From NCBI RefSeq assembly GCF_016714285.1, contig NZ_JADJNN010000008.1, positions 196,669 to 260,668 of the forward strand: a DNA stretch of 64,000 nucleotides, in the 5' to 3' direction. Under the pieces are notes generated by a model. It saw nothing but the letters and a program-made list of their open reading frames with translations. It had not been told where the DNA came from and did not search any database. Source of the stretch: Nannocystis sp. (GTDB lineage Bacteria > Myxococcota_A > Polyangia > Nannocystales > Nannocystaceae). This document shows, one piece after another, positions 53,457 through 63,618 of the stretch (the stretch's first letter is position 1; each line of letters opens with the position of its first letter). A program made the translations under genes and the position numbers.

Positions 53457-54965
53457 ATGGTTTGCGGGACGACAGGGCGCGTGGGTCGCTCGCTCGCGCT
53501 GCTCCTCGCCTGCGCGCCGGCCTGCGCCGGCGGGGCCGGCCTGGGCGACGAGACGGCGGCGGAGCAGACGAGCGGGAGCGGCGGTCAGGCTGCGAGCACG
53601 AGCGCGAGCGGCGATGTGCCGACGGGCCCGGGCGACACGACCACCGGCGATCCGGGCACGAGCACCGGCGACGTGTCGACGGGCACCGGCGACACCGGCG
53701 ACGAGACGGGGGGCAGCAGCGGTGACGCGACCACCACCGGCGCCGACGAGCCCCACCCCGAGCTCTACCCGACCGACCGCACGCACTCGCCGATCAGCGC
53801 CTACGTGGCCGATCACCTGCGCGAGATAGCGATGGCGCCGGCCGGGGTCGACAAGAACGCCGCGGTGTTCGCCAAGATCGGCGGCACGAGCACGGCCAAC
53901 GCCGACTACATGCAGTGCTTCCAGAGCGACGCGGCGATCAAGGACCTGCCGGTCGAGCTGATGCCGGCGCTGACCCACTTCCGCTCGGTCGACCTCGGCA
54001 TGGGCGTGACGGACTTCGATCGCGTGAGCCTGGCGGCGACCGTCGGGGTCACCTCGACCGGGCTCGTGGCGGGCGCGCCGACGCCGATCAACGCCGAGGT
54101 CGAGGCGATCAAGCCGCGCTTCGCTCACCTGCTGGTCGGAAGTCACGACCTCGAGAAGGACCAGCCGGCCGAGCTCTACACCTTCGCCGATAACCTGCTC
54201 GGGGCCGTCGACGCGCTGCTGATCAACGGGGTCGTGCCGATCATGTCGACGATCCCGCAGCGCCAGGACCTCGGGCTCAAGGACGCTTATGTGCCGCGCT
54301 ACAACGCGGTGATCCGCGCGGTCGCGCAGGGCCGCCAGATCCCGCTGGTCGACCTGAACCGCGAGCTGGCGCCGCTGCCGAACCTCGGCGCGACCGACGG
54401 CGGCGGCCTGACCGTGTTCGTGTCGGCGAACCTCGATCGCCCGTGCCACTTCTCGGAGTCGGCGCTGATGTACGGCTACAACGTGCGCAACCTCGAGGAC
54501 CTGCGGGCGCTCGACCGCGTGAAGCAGGTGGTGGTGGACGCGGTCGCCGAGCTCGACCCTGCCAGCCCGGGGCTCGCGGGCGCGGGCACGCCGGAGAAGC
54601 CGTACCTGATCCCGTCGCTGCCCTTCGTCGATCTGCGCAGCACCGCCGACAGCCCGAGCGACAGCTTCGACAGCTACATGGGCGCGTGCGACGGCGCCAA
54701 GGACGAGAGCGGTCCCGAGCGCGTGTATCGCTTCGAGGCGCCCGACGACATCAATCTTCGGGTCATGGTCTTCGACCGCGGCATGGTCGACGTCGACGTG
54801 CAGGTGCTCAAGGACGCCGCGCCGGAGACCTGCCTGCAGCGCAACGACAAGGAGATCGCCGGACCGCTGCCGTCCGGGACCTACCACGTGGTGGTCGACA
54901 GCTACGCCGGCAACGTGCCGAAGGGCGCGTCCGGCGAGTACATGCTGGTGGTGATGGCAGAGTGA
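53457..54965 (+). CDS. Secreted lipoprotein with Gly/Thr/Asp-rich linker and C-terminal pre-peptidase (PPC)-like beta-sandwich domain
   Basis: Lipobox LLLACAPAC. C-terminal block YRFEAPDD...GTYHVVVDSYAG...GEYMLVV resembles PPC domains. Confidence 0.5.
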   Translation: MVCGTTGRVGRSLALLLACAPACAGGAGLGDETAAEQTSGSGGQAASTSASGDVPTGPGDTTTGDPGTSTGDVSTGTGDTGDETGGSSGDATTTGADEPHPELYPTDRTHSPISAYVADHLREIAMAPAGVDKNAAVFAKIGGTSTANADYMQCFQSDAAIKDLPVELMPALTHFRSVDLGMGVTDFDRVSLAATVGVTSTGLVAGAPTPINAEVEAIKPRFAHLLVGSHDLEKDQPAELYTFADNLLGAVDALLINGVVPIMSTIPQRQDLGLKDAYVPRYNAVIRAVAQGRQIPLVDLNRELAPLPNLGATDGGGLTVFVSANLDRPCHFSESALMYGYNVRNLEDLRALDRVKQVVVDAVAELDPASPGLAGAGTPEKPYLIPSLPFVDLRSTADSPSDSFDSYMGACDGAKDESGPERVYRFEAPDDINLRVMVFDRGMVDVDVQVLKDAAPETCLQRNDKEIAGPLPSGTYHVVVDSYAGNVPKGASGEYMLVVMAE

Positions 54966-54991
54966 CAAGCTGATATGCTGGCCTGGCGACC

Positions 54992-56414
54992 ATGAAGCAA
55001 CCGCAGGATGAGATGGTGTGGATCGACCACAACGGCGTCGCGCACCCGCTCGGCGAGGTGGCGACGGCCCGGATGGGCCAGCGCGAGGGGGCCTATCGGA
55101 TGCTGCCCACGCCGGGCCACGTGGTGTTGCTGCGCTTCACCGGCAACGACGGTCGGCGCGACCTCGAGGACGGTCCGATCGTGCGGATGGCCGGTGAGAT
55201 CACGGCCAGCGGCGACATGGCCGACGTGCTCGCGGTGCTCGGGCACATCGGCACGCGCGGCGAGCTGGTGGTGATGGATGGCGAGGTCACGCGCAGCGTG
55301 TTCTTCGAGCACGGCAACATCGTCGGCGTGCAGACCAACGCGGAGGACGAGCGCATCGGCATGCTCCTCTACAAGTACGGGGTGCTCAGCGAGGAGCAGA
55401 TCCTCCCGGTGCTCGAGCGGGCCCGCAAGGGCGACCTGTTCGGCATGGCCGCGGTCGAGCTCGGCCTGGTCTCGCAGGATGTCATCTACAAGTATCTGGC
55501 GCGCCAGGTCGAGGAGGTGGTGTTCGCGGTGCTCGCCGCGGCCGACGGCGCGTACTGCTTCCTCGACGGCTTCGACGAGGCGCGCCTGGCCTCGCGGCAG
55601 GTCGTCAGCGCGACCGCGCTGCTGATGAATCACCTCACGCGAATCGACGAGATCCGGCATCTTCGGCCCTGGATCCCGTCGGCGGAGTACGTGCCGCTGC
55701 GCCTGGCGCCGCGCTCGGCGGTGGCCAGCGAGCAGGCGGTGGTGTGGGACGCGATCGACGGCATCAGCAGCGTCGGCGACATCGGCCGCGGCACCGGGCT
55801 CGGCGAGTTCGAGGTGACCAAGCAGCTGTTTCACCTGAGCCAGGCCCAGCTGGTGGCGATCCATCCGCCGAAGCTGCGCGGCGGGATCGGTGAGGTCGTC
55901 GAGCTGGCCAACGCCGGTCTGCGGGCGATCCACCAGGCCGCCGACGCGGGCGGGCGCGGCACGGCGCTGCGCAACAACCTCATCGCCTTCTCCCGCGGCG
56001 ACTACGAGGCGCTGCTGCGCGGCGCCGGGCCCTTCGAGCACGGGGGCTTCGGCGCGCCCGCGCTCGTGGTCAACAGCGCGGGCCTCCGCCCCGCCTCCGA
56101 GGTCGAGACCTTCGTGCGCGAGATGCTCTACGACTACGTGTCCTTCGCGCTGTTCAGCGCGACGGCCTCGCTGGCCAACACCACGTTGTCGGCCGAGGTC
56201 GAGCCGCTGCTGGCCCGGCTGCGCCCGCTCGGTCAGTCGGGGCGCTATCTGGTCGGGCGTCGCCAGCCAGGTGGTCCCGGTGGCGGCGGTTCGGGGGTGG
56301 CTTCGGTGGGGCCGGGGCGTCTGGGTCGGGCGTTCGCTCGAGCGAGGACTCGGACCCGGGCGGGGCGGGCTCGTCGGGCTCGGGCGGGGCGGACTCGTCG
56401 GGCGCGGCGCTCTG
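54992..56414 (+). CDS. DUF4388-domain protein; C-terminal Gly/Ser tail reached through an apparent +2 frameshift near 56280
   Basis: N-terminal DUF4388-like region. The uninterrupted ORF runs on into an Arg-rich junk linker, while the +2 frame gives a plausible G/S-rich tail ending at TGA 56412-14. Confidence 0.45.
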
Positions 56415-56431
56415 ACGTATCCTCGCGGGCG

Positions 56432-57556
56432 ATGCCGGTCGACGACCCCCACGACCCCGCGGCGCCGACGACCCGCAAGCAGGTGTTCCCCTGCGGCCAG
56501 TGCGGATCGTCGCTGGAGTTCAAGCCGGGCAGCGACAGCATGCGCTGCCCGCATTGTGGGCACACCCAGGCGCTGCCCGGCGGCGCGGGCGGGGTGATCA
56601 GCGAGCACGACTTCCACGAGGGCATCGCTCGCGCGCGCCGCCAGCCGAGCGCCGCGCTCGTCGAGGGCGGCCACAACGTGCAGTGCGAGGGCTGCGGCGC
56701 GCAGACGGTGGTCGCCGGTCAGGCCGCGCGCTGCCCCTTCTGCGGCTCGCCGGTGGTGATGGCGATCCAGGAGCTCGGCGAGATCTTCACGCCCGAGAGC
56801 CTGCTGCCGTTCAAGCTCGACGCGCGCGCGGCCAAGGACCGCTATCAGAAGTGGGTCGGCGGCCTGTGGTTCGCGCCGAACGACCTCAAGACGCTGGCCA
56901 ATCAGCACGGCATGGACGGCGTGTACATGCCGTACTGGTCGTACGATTCGAACACCACCACCCGCTACACCGGCGAGCGCGGCGAGTACTACTACGTCAG
57001 CGAGACCTACCGCGACAGCAAGGGCGAGACGCAGACCCGCCAGGTCCGCCACACCCGCTGGTACCCGACCTCGGGCACCGTGCACGTGAGCTTCGACGAC
57101 GTGCTGGTGTGCGGCTCGCAGACCCTGCCGCGCAAGCTGCTCGAGGGGCTGGAGCCGTGGGACCTGCCGGAGCTGCGGGCCTTCGACGCCGGCTACCTCA
57201 GCGGCTTCGTCGCCGAGCGCTACAAGATCGGGCTGGAGGAGGGCTTCGTCGCCGCCGAGGCGCGCATGGTCCCGAAGATCCGCAGCGCGGTCGAGTCGGA
57301 CATCGGCGGCGACGATCAGCGGATCGGCAACCTCAACATCCATCACGCCGATGTCCGCTTCAAGCACCTGCTGCTGCCGCTGTGGATCTCGAGCTTTCGC
57401 TACAAGGAGAAGGCCTACCGCTTCACCGTCAACGCCCGCAGCGGGCAGGTCTCGGGCGAGCGGCCGTGGAGCGTGGTGAAGATCGTGCTGGCGGTGCTGG
57501 CGGTGATCGCGGTGATCGTGACGATCGCGGTGCTGGTCCAGAAGTACAAGCAGTAG
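56432..57556 (+). CDS. Zinc-ribbon protein (two CxxC...CxxC pairs) with C-terminal TM anchor
   Basis: FPCGQCGSS...RCPHCGH and QCEGCGA...RCPFCGSP motifs; terminal hydrophobic helix IVLAVLAVIAVIVTIAVLV. Confidence 0.5.
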   Translation: MPVDDPHDPAAPTTRKQVFPCGQCGSSLEFKPGSDSMRCPHCGHTQALPGGAGGVISEHDFHEGIARARRQPSAALVEGGHNVQCEGCGAQTVVAGQAARCPFCGSPVVMAIQELGEIFTPESLLPFKLDARAAKDRYQKWVGGLWFAPNDLKTLANQHGMDGVYMPYWSYDSNTTTRYTGERGEYYYVSETYRDSKGETQTRQVRHTRWYPTSGTVHVSFDDVLVCGSQTLPRKLLEGLEPWDLPELRAFDAGYLSGFVAERYKIGLEEGFVAAEARMVPKIRSAVESDIGGDDQRIGNLNIHHADVRFKHLLLPLWISSFRYKEKAYRFTVNARSGQVSGERPWSVVKIVLAVLAVIAVIVTIAVLVQKYKQ

Positions 57557-57599
57557 GGTTGTCGCGGCCCCGGGGTTCCCCCTGCGAGGCCGCGCTGTT

Positions 57600-58787
57600 A
57601 TGCTCGCGGCCCGCATGCGGCCCGTCCCGATCACCGCGCTCAGCCTGTGCAACGGCATGGGCATGACCACCGCGGAAGTGCTGGCGGGGCTGCGCGCGGG
57701 TCGCTCCGGGCTCGGGCCCTGTCCGCCGGAGATCGGGCTCGCGGGCGCGGCGACGGTCGGGGCGATGCCGGGGCCCTTGCCGCCGCTGCCGGCCGAGTTC
57801 GCCGCCTACGACACCCGGCAGGCCCGCATCGCCGCACTCGCGCTGGCCGAGCTGGCCGGGCCGATCGAGCGCGCCAAGGGCCGCTGGGGCGCGCGTCGGA
57901 TCGCGGTGATCCTCGGCACCAGCACCGGGGGCATCGGCGCGAGCGAGCTGGCCTACGCGCATCACCAGGCGCACGGCGTGCTGCCGGACTGGTACTCGGT
58001 GGAGACCTCGCACGCGCTCGACGCGGTGCTGCCGGTGGTGTGCGGGCTGGCCGGGCTCGCGGGGCCGGCGTACATGCTGTCGACCGCGTGCTCGTCGTCG
58101 GCCAAGGTGTTCGCGGCGGCGCAGCGGCTCATTCACCTCGGGGTGTGCGACGCGGCGCTGGTCGGCGGGGTCGACAGCCTGTGCCAGCTGACGCTGCGCG
58201 GCTTCGCCGGCCTCGAGGTGCTGTCGGCGGCCCCGTGTCGGCCGTTCTCGGCGCTGCGGGCCGGCATCAACATCGGCGAGGGCGCGGCGCTGTGCCTGCT
58301 CGAGCGCGAGGGCGAGGGCCCGGCCCGCCTGCTGGCGGTCGGCGAGAGCTCCGACGCGTTTCACATGACCAGCCCGCACCCGGAGGGGCTCGGCGCGCGC
58401 CTGGCGATGGAGCGGGCGCTGGCTGGCGCGGGGCTGTCGCCCGGCGATGTCGACCACGTCAACGCCCACGGCACTGGCACGCGCCAGAACGACAGCGCCG
58501 AGGGGGCGGCGATCGCTGCGCTGTTCGGGCCGGGCATGCGGGTGGTAGCGACCAAGGGCTACACGGGGCATCAGCTCGGGGCGGCGGGCGCCACCGAGGT
58601 CGCGTTCACGGCGCTGGCGATCGCCCACGGCTTCGTGCCGGAGAGCGTCGGAGCGGCCCCGCCGGACCCGGAGATCGCGGTCCGGGTCACGACCCAGTTC
58701 GAAGCCTTGATCACGCGCGCGGCGATCAGCAACTCCTTCGCCTTCGGCGGCTCGAACGTCAGCGTGCTCGTGGGGGCGCCGGCATGA
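57600..58787 (+). CDS. Beta-ketoacyl-ACP synthase (KS-alpha, FabF/type-II PKS-like; active-site Cys/His/His present)
   Basis: TACSSS (Cys), HGTGT and GH motifs. Stop overlaps the next ATG (ATGA). Confidence 0.85.
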   Translation: MLAARMRPVPITALSLCNGMGMTTAEVLAGLRAGRSGLGPCPPEIGLAGAATVGAMPGPLPPLPAEFAAYDTRQARIAALALAELAGPIERAKGRWGARRIAVILGTSTGGIGASELAYAHHQAHGVLPDWYSVETSHALDAVLPVVCGLAGLAGPAYMLSTACSSSAKVFAAAQRLIHLGVCDAALVGGVDSLCQLTLRGFAGLEVLSAAPCRPFSALRAGINIGEGAALCLLEREGEGPARLLAVGESSDAFHMTSPHPEGLGARLAMERALAGAGLSPGDVDHVNAHGTGTRQNDSAEGAAIAALFGPGMRVVATKGYTGHQLGAAGATEVAFTALAIAHGFVPESVGAAPPDPEIAVRVTTQFEALITRAAISNSFAFGGSNVSVLVGAPA

Positions 58788-59695
58788 GCGACGGTGGTGG
58801 CATCTCCTCAGCAGAGCGTGGGCCGGAGCGTGGGCTCGGGCTGTCGCTGCGCGGGCTCGGGCTGTGGACCCCGGGCTACCCCGACGCGCTCAGCTGGTCG
58901 CAGCGACATGTCCGTGGGGACAGGTCCAACGAGGCTGCTCCGAGCGCCCCGTCTGCGCTGGGCGCCGACGCCCCGCGGGCCGAGCTGCTGCCGCCGATGC
59001 TGCGCCGCCGGACCAGCCTGCTGACCCGCATGGCCGCCGAGGTCGCGGCCCAGGCGATCGCCAGCGCCGGCTTCGATCGCGCCGAGGTGACGACGATCTA
59101 CGGATCGGTCTACGGCGAGATCCGGACCACGCTCGATCTCCTGGCCGCGCTGCAGGACCCGGCCGCGCCGCTGTCGCCGACCAAGTTCCACAACAGCGTG
59201 CACAACACGGCCGCCGGCTACGTGTCGATCGCGACCCAGAACCGGCGCGGCAACGCGGCCCTCACCGCCGGGCGCTCGACCCTGGCGATGGGGCTGATCG
59301 AGTGCGCCGGGCTGATCGCGGCGGGGCAGGGGCCGACCGTGCTGGTGATCGCCGAGGAGACGCTGCCCGAGCCGCTGGCCGCCGGCCGCAGCTACGCGCC
59401 GCTGGCCGCCGCCTTCGCGCTCGCTGCCGCGGGCGCCACGGATGTTGGGGCTGTCCCGGGGGACATGTCCTCGCGGACCTGTCGCCTGGTACAGGCGAGC
59501 CGCGGCGACCCGGCTGTGCCAAGGCTGCCGGCCGCGCTGCTCGGCAACCCCTGCGCGCTGGCGCTGGCGCTGTGCGAGCTGGCGCTGCAGCCGGGCGCCG
59601 CGTGCCTGTCGCTCGAGCCGCACCTGCCCGCGGGCGGCTGGTGCATCGAGCTCGACGCCCGCGACGGCGCGAAGGGCCCGGAGGCGGCCGCGTGA
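58784..59695 (+). CDS. KS-beta / chain-length-factor-like partner (no active-site Cys)
   Basis: 303 aa with a thiolase-like C-terminal half but no Cys/His triad. ATGA overlap upstream and GTGA overlap downstream. Confidence 0.7.
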   Translation: MSDGGGISSAERGPERGLGLSLRGLGLWTPGYPDALSWSQRHVRGDRSNEAAPSAPSALGADAPRAELLPPMLRRRTSLLTRMAAEVAAQAIASAGFDRAEVTTIYGSVYGEIRTTLDLLAALQDPAAPLSPTKFHNSVHNTAAGYVSIATQNRRGNAALTAGRSTLAMGLIECAGLIAAGQGPTVLVIAEETLPEPLAAGRSYAPLAAAFALAAAGATDVGAVPGDMSSRTCRLVQASRGDPAVPRLPAALLGNPCALALALCELALQPGAACLSLEPHLPAGGWCIELDARDGAKGPEAAA

Positions 59696-60297
59696 GCGAG
59701 TTCCCGCCCGTGCAGGAGCTGGTGCCCCAGCGGCCGCCGATGCTGCTGCTCGACGCGGTCACGGCCTGGGACGGCGTCTCGCTCGAGTGCGTCACCACCG
59801 TGCGCGCCGACTGGCTGCTGGTCGAGGCCGGGCGCATGCCGGCGGCCGGGCTGCTGGAGGTGATGGCGCAGGCGGTCGCGGCGATGCACGGACTGCAGGG
59901 CCACGCGCGCGGCGAGCCGGTGCGCGTCGGCCTGCTGACGGGCTGCCGCGAGCTGCGCCTGCACGCGCCGGCGGTGCCGGTCGGCACGTCCCTGCGGGTG
60001 CGGGCCCGCCAGGTCGTCGACCTCGAGGCGGCGGCCGAGTTCGCGTGCAGCGTGGTCACGGCCGAGGGCCGCGCGCTCGCCGAGGGCGCGCTGCAGGTGG
60101 TGCGGGGCGAGCCAGCGGCCGCGGGCGTAGCGACGGCCGCTGGCTCCGCTGGATCCGCTGGATCCGCTGGATCCGCTGGATCCGCTGGATCCGCTGGATC
60201 CGCTGGATCCGCTGCATCCGCTGCATCCGCTGCATCCGCTGCATCCGCTGCATCATGGACCGCGCCCGGCGGACCCGAGGAAGCGCAATCAACATGA
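59692..60297 (+). CDS. Hotdog-fold 3-hydroxyacyl-ACP dehydratase (FabA/FabZ-like, APE-cluster type) with (GSA)n/(AAS)n C-terminal tail
   Basis: PPMLLLD..., EVMAQ, H..G motifs; tail encoded by 9-bp repeats gctggatcc x8 then gctgcatcc x5. Confidence 0.7.
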   Translation: MSEFPPVQELVPQRPPMLLLDAVTAWDGVSLECVTTVRADWLLVEAGRMPAAGLLEVMAQAVAAMHGLQGHARGEPVRVGLLTGCRELRLHAPAVPVGTSLRVRARQVVDLEAAAEFACSVVTAEGRALAEGALQVVRGEPAAAGVATAAGSAGSAGSAGSAGSAGSAGSAGSAASAASAASAASAASWTAPGGPEEAQST

Positions 60298-61016
60298 GAC
60301 CGAGAGCACTCGTCACCGGCGCGAGCCGTGGCATCGGCGCGGCGATCGCAGAGGCGCTCGCCGCCGCCGGACACCCCGTCCTGATCAACTACCGCAGCGG
60401 GCACGCGGCCGCGGAGGCGGTCGCCGAGAAGATCCGGAGCGCCGGCGGGCAGGCCACGCTGTGCCCCTTCGACGTCGCCGACGCGGCGGCCAGCGCGGCC
60501 GCGATGGCGGAGATCCTCGCCGACGCGGCGCCGCTCGGGATCGTCGTCAACAACGCCGGGGTCGCGCGCGACAACCCCTTGCCGGCGCTCGAGCCCGACG
60601 ACTGGCACCTGGTGTTGCGCACCACCCTCGACGGCTTCTACAACGTCACCCGGCCGGCGGTCATGCCGATGGTGCGGCGCAAGTGGGGCCGCATCGTCAA
60701 CATGAGCTCGGTGTCGGCGCTGATCGGCAACCGCGGCCAGGTCGCCTACGCGGCGGCCAAGGCCGGGATCCTCGGCGCGACCAAGTCGCTGGCGCTGGAG
60801 CTGGCCCGGCGCGGCATCACCGTCAACGCGGTCGCTCCCGGTCTGATCGAGACGGACATGATCAAGGACGTCCCGCTCGAGCACGTGATGCCGCGGATCC
60901 CCGCGCAGCGGCTCGGTCAACCGCACGAGGTCGCGGCGCTGGTGGCATTTTTGTGCAGCGACGCGGCCGGCTACATCACCGGGCAGACGATCGGGATCAA
61001 CGGCGGGATGGCATGA
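60294..61016 (+). CDS. fabG: 3-oxoacyl-ACP reductase (SDR, FabG-like)
   Basis: [13 protein letters not shown]...YxxxK (YAAAKAG), PG.I.T motifs; 240 aa. Confidence 0.85.
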   Translation: MRPRALVTGASRGIGAAIAEALAAAGHPVLINYRSGHAAAEAVAEKIRSAGGQATLCPFDVADAAASAAAMAEILADAAPLGIVVNNAGVARDNPLPALEPDDWHLVLRTTLDGFYNVTRPAVMPMVRRKWGRIVNMSSVSALIGNRGQVAYAAAKAGILGATKSLALELARRGITVNAVAPGLIETDMIKDVPLEHVMPRIPAQRLGQPHEVAALVAFLCSDAAGYITGQTIGINGGMA

Positions 61017-62242
61017 ACGACGACGCATACGAGGTGATCATCGTCGGCAGCGGGCCCGCGGGCTCGACCGCCGCCAACCTGCTGGCCCAGGCCGGGCGCC
61101 GGGTGCTGGTGCTCGAGCGCGAGAGCTTCCCGCGCTTCCACATCGGCGAGTCGCTGCTGCCGATCGACCTGCCGCTGTTCGAGCGCCTCGGCCTCACGAT
61201 CGACGCCAGCGCCTACAAGTTCAAGCAGGGCGCCGAATTTTGGGACGAGCGCACCGGCGACTTCGCGTTCTTCAGCTTCGCCGACGCGATGCCCGGCACG
61301 CCCTCGCACGCGTGGCAGGTCGAGCGCGCGCTGTTCGACGACCTCCTGGCCCGCCAGGCGATCGCCCGCGGCGCGGAGATCCACTTCGGCGAGGCGGTCA
61401 CGGCGATCGAGCTCGGCGCCGAGGCGGTGGCGGTGCGCAGCGAGCGGGCCAGCTACCGCGCCCGCTTCGTGTTCGACGCGACCGGTCAGGACGCGTGGTT
61501 CGCCCGCCGGGCCCGGACGGTCGCGCCGATCCGCGAGCTCGGTCGCGCCGCCGTGTTCACCCACTTCGAGGGCCTGTCAGCGGCCGCGATCGACGAGATC
61601 GGGGCCCAGGGCAACATCAAGGTGCTGCTGGTGCCCGACGGCTGGCACTGGATCATCCCGCTGGTCGGCGGCCGCCTGAGCGTCGGCCTCGTGAAGTGGC
61701 GCGGCAAGCTCGACGAGGAGGCGCTGGAGGCCGCGCTCGCCGCGTCGCCGCTGATCCAGCGCCTGTGCGCCGGGGCGCGGCGCGGCCCGACGCGGACGAT
61801 CGCCAACTGGTCGTACAAGAACCTGCGCCCGCACGGCCCGCGCTGGGCCTGCATCGGCGACGCGGCCGCGTTCCTCGATCCGGTGTTCTCGTCCGGCGTG
61901 TCGCTGGCGATGCTCGGTGCCGAGCGGGCCGTCGACCTGCTGCTCCCGGCGCTCAGCGCTGCCGACGAGGCGGCGCCCGAGCTGATGGCGCCGTGGTCGT
62001 CGCACATGCAACCAGCCTACGACGCGTTCGAACAGCTCATCCGCCGCTTCTATCACACGCGGATGGTGCACCACCTGTTCTTCGCCGCCGAGCCCGACCC
62101 GGCGCTGCGCCGCGGCCTCATCAGCGTGCTCGCGGGCGACGTGTGGCGCCGCGATAACCCGTTTCAGGCGATGCTGGAGAGCTCCCGTCTGCAGCCCCGA
62201 GCACCCACGATATTGCCAGACCCGGAGACACAACAAGATTGA
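61013..62242 (+). CDS. Flavin-dependent halogenase (tryptophan-halogenase family)
   Basis: GSGPAGS FAD motif, WxWxIP (GWHWIIP) and F.DP.FSSG motifs. Confidence 0.8.
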   Translation: MNDDAYEVIIVGSGPAGSTAANLLAQAGRRVLVLERESFPRFHIGESLLPIDLPLFERLGLTIDASAYKFKQGAEFWDERTGDFAFFSFADAMPGTPSHAWQVERALFDDLLARQAIARGAEIHFGEAVTAIELGAEAVAVRSERASYRARFVFDATGQDAWFARRARTVAPIRELGRAAVFTHFEGLSAAAIDEIGAQGNIKVLLVPDGWHWIIPLVGGRLSVGLVKWRGKLDEEALEAALAASPLIQRLCAGARRGPTRTIANWSYKNLRPHGPRWACIGDAAAFLDPVFSSGVSLAMLGAERAVDLLLPALSAADEAAPELMAPWSSHMQPAYDAFEQLIRRFYHTRMVHHLFFAAEPDPALRRGLISVLAGDVWRRDNPFQAMLESSRLQPRAPTILPDPETQQD

Positions 62243-62342
62243 TACGTAATCCGCATTACGGAACTTACCGAATGTGATGTTGATGCGCCCTGGCCAGGGT
62301 TGTTGCAATTTCGCGCCAAAGATTGTTCTCTCGACATGTCGC

Positions 62343-63548
62343 ATGTCGAAGCCGCAAGCCACCCCCGAGGTCCTTCGTTCGATCACCGCGCCGATGCTGG
62401 CCACGCTGGCCATGTTGTTGGGCGCCTGCCTGTCGCCCAACGGTGGCGACACGAGCACCGATGTGAACCTCAGCAGCGACACGGGCGGTGTGCTGTCGAC
62501 CAGCGGCGCGAGCGGGTCGTCGACCTTCGACGAGATCATGACGACGACCGAGGACTGGGACACCAGCGCGGGCTCGGGCTCCGAGTCGAGCGAGTCGAGC
62601 GCGGCCGAGGGCAGCAGCGGCAGCGGCAGCACGAGCGACACCCCCGCGAGCTGCGGCGACGGCGTCGTCCAGGCGCCGGAGGAGTGCGACTTCGGGATCG
62701 ATAACGCCAACGACGCCGGCTGCACCGCCGACTGTCACCTCGCCACCTGCGGCGACGGCCTCGTGCAGAAGGACGTCGAGGCCTGCGACGACGGGCTCAA
62801 CGACGGCGCCTACGGCGGCTGCGCGGTCGACTGCAAGGCGCTCGCGCCCCACTGCGGCGACGGCGAAGTTCAGGACGACTACGAGGCCTGCGACCAGACC
62901 GACCCCAAGACCGGCTGCATCGCGTCCACCTGCGAGTACGCGAAGAGCTGCAAGCAGATCCGCGACGCCCGTCCGGACGACCTGATGCTGCAAGACGGCC
63001 TTTACTTCATCAAGCCGCTCGACGCCAAGCTCAAGGTGCTCTGCGATATGGACGCGGACGGCGGCGGCTACACATTCCTGAAGGTCGCGCTGCCAGGGAT
63101 GGTCAACTACAACGCCGCGCAAGCCGAGGCCAAGTGCAAGGAGTACGGCATGCAGCTGCTGGTCCCACGCTCGCCGGAGCACGTCGCTGCCGCCGTGATG
63201 ATCGCCAATTCGACGCTGCTGGTGCCGCTCGGCGGCGGCAGTGCCAAGAGCGATCTGAACTACATGAAGATCCTCGGCATCTACCCGGCCGTCGAGAACA
63301 TGACCTGTATGGACAAGCCGCTCAACAGCACGGATTGTCCGCAGTGGAAGGCCGCTGGCGACAAGTTCTGGGTCACCGACAAGGGGGTCCCCGGGGCGCC
63401 CGGGGCCAAGAATTGTGTGAAGTGCTCCAACGCCTACTATTGGAAGGTCGAGGGCGTGCTCGACTTCTATGAGACCCCGTGGAACGCCGGCGTCGGCGCG
63501 GAGACGGGGCTGTTCATGTGCGACACCGGCGACAAGATGCCGCTGTGA
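62343..63548 (+). CDS. Lipoprotein with Myxococcus cysteine-rich repeats and C-terminal fibrinogen-related-like domain
   Basis: Lipobox LLGAC; CGDG.VQ..EECD repeats; LCDMDADGGGYTFLKV resembles the FReD core (CDMDTDGGGWT). Confidence 0.5.
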   Translation: MSKPQATPEVLRSITAPMLATLAMLLGACLSPNGGDTSTDVNLSSDTGGVLSTSGASGSSTFDEIMTTTEDWDTSAGSGSESSESSAAEGSSGSGSTSDTPASCGDGVVQAPEECDFGIDNANDAGCTADCHLATCGDGLVQKDVEACDDGLNDGAYGGCAVDCKALAPHCGDGEVQDDYEACDQTDPKTGCIASTCEYAKSCKQIRDARPDDLMLQDGLYFIKPLDAKLKVLCDMDADGGGYTFLKVALPGMVNYNAAQAEAKCKEYGMQLLVPRSPEHVAAAVMIANSTLLVPLGGGSAKSDLNYMKILGIYPAVENMTCMDKPLNSTDCPQWKAAGDKFWVTDKGVPGAPGAKNCVKCSNAYYWKVEGVLDFYETPWNAGVGAETGLFMCDTGDKMPL

Positions 63549-63618
63549 CGGCCACTTGACGGCCACTTGACGGCCGCTGTGGCGGCCGCTGTGACGTGAG
63601 TCCGAGCGGAGGGGAGGG

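Noticed and set aside
57647-59695. 682-aa ORF spanning KS and CLF
   Set aside because: Its first half is out-of-frame relative to the KS gene (57600..58787, motifs intact); only the part from ATG 58784 onward is the real CLF-like gene.
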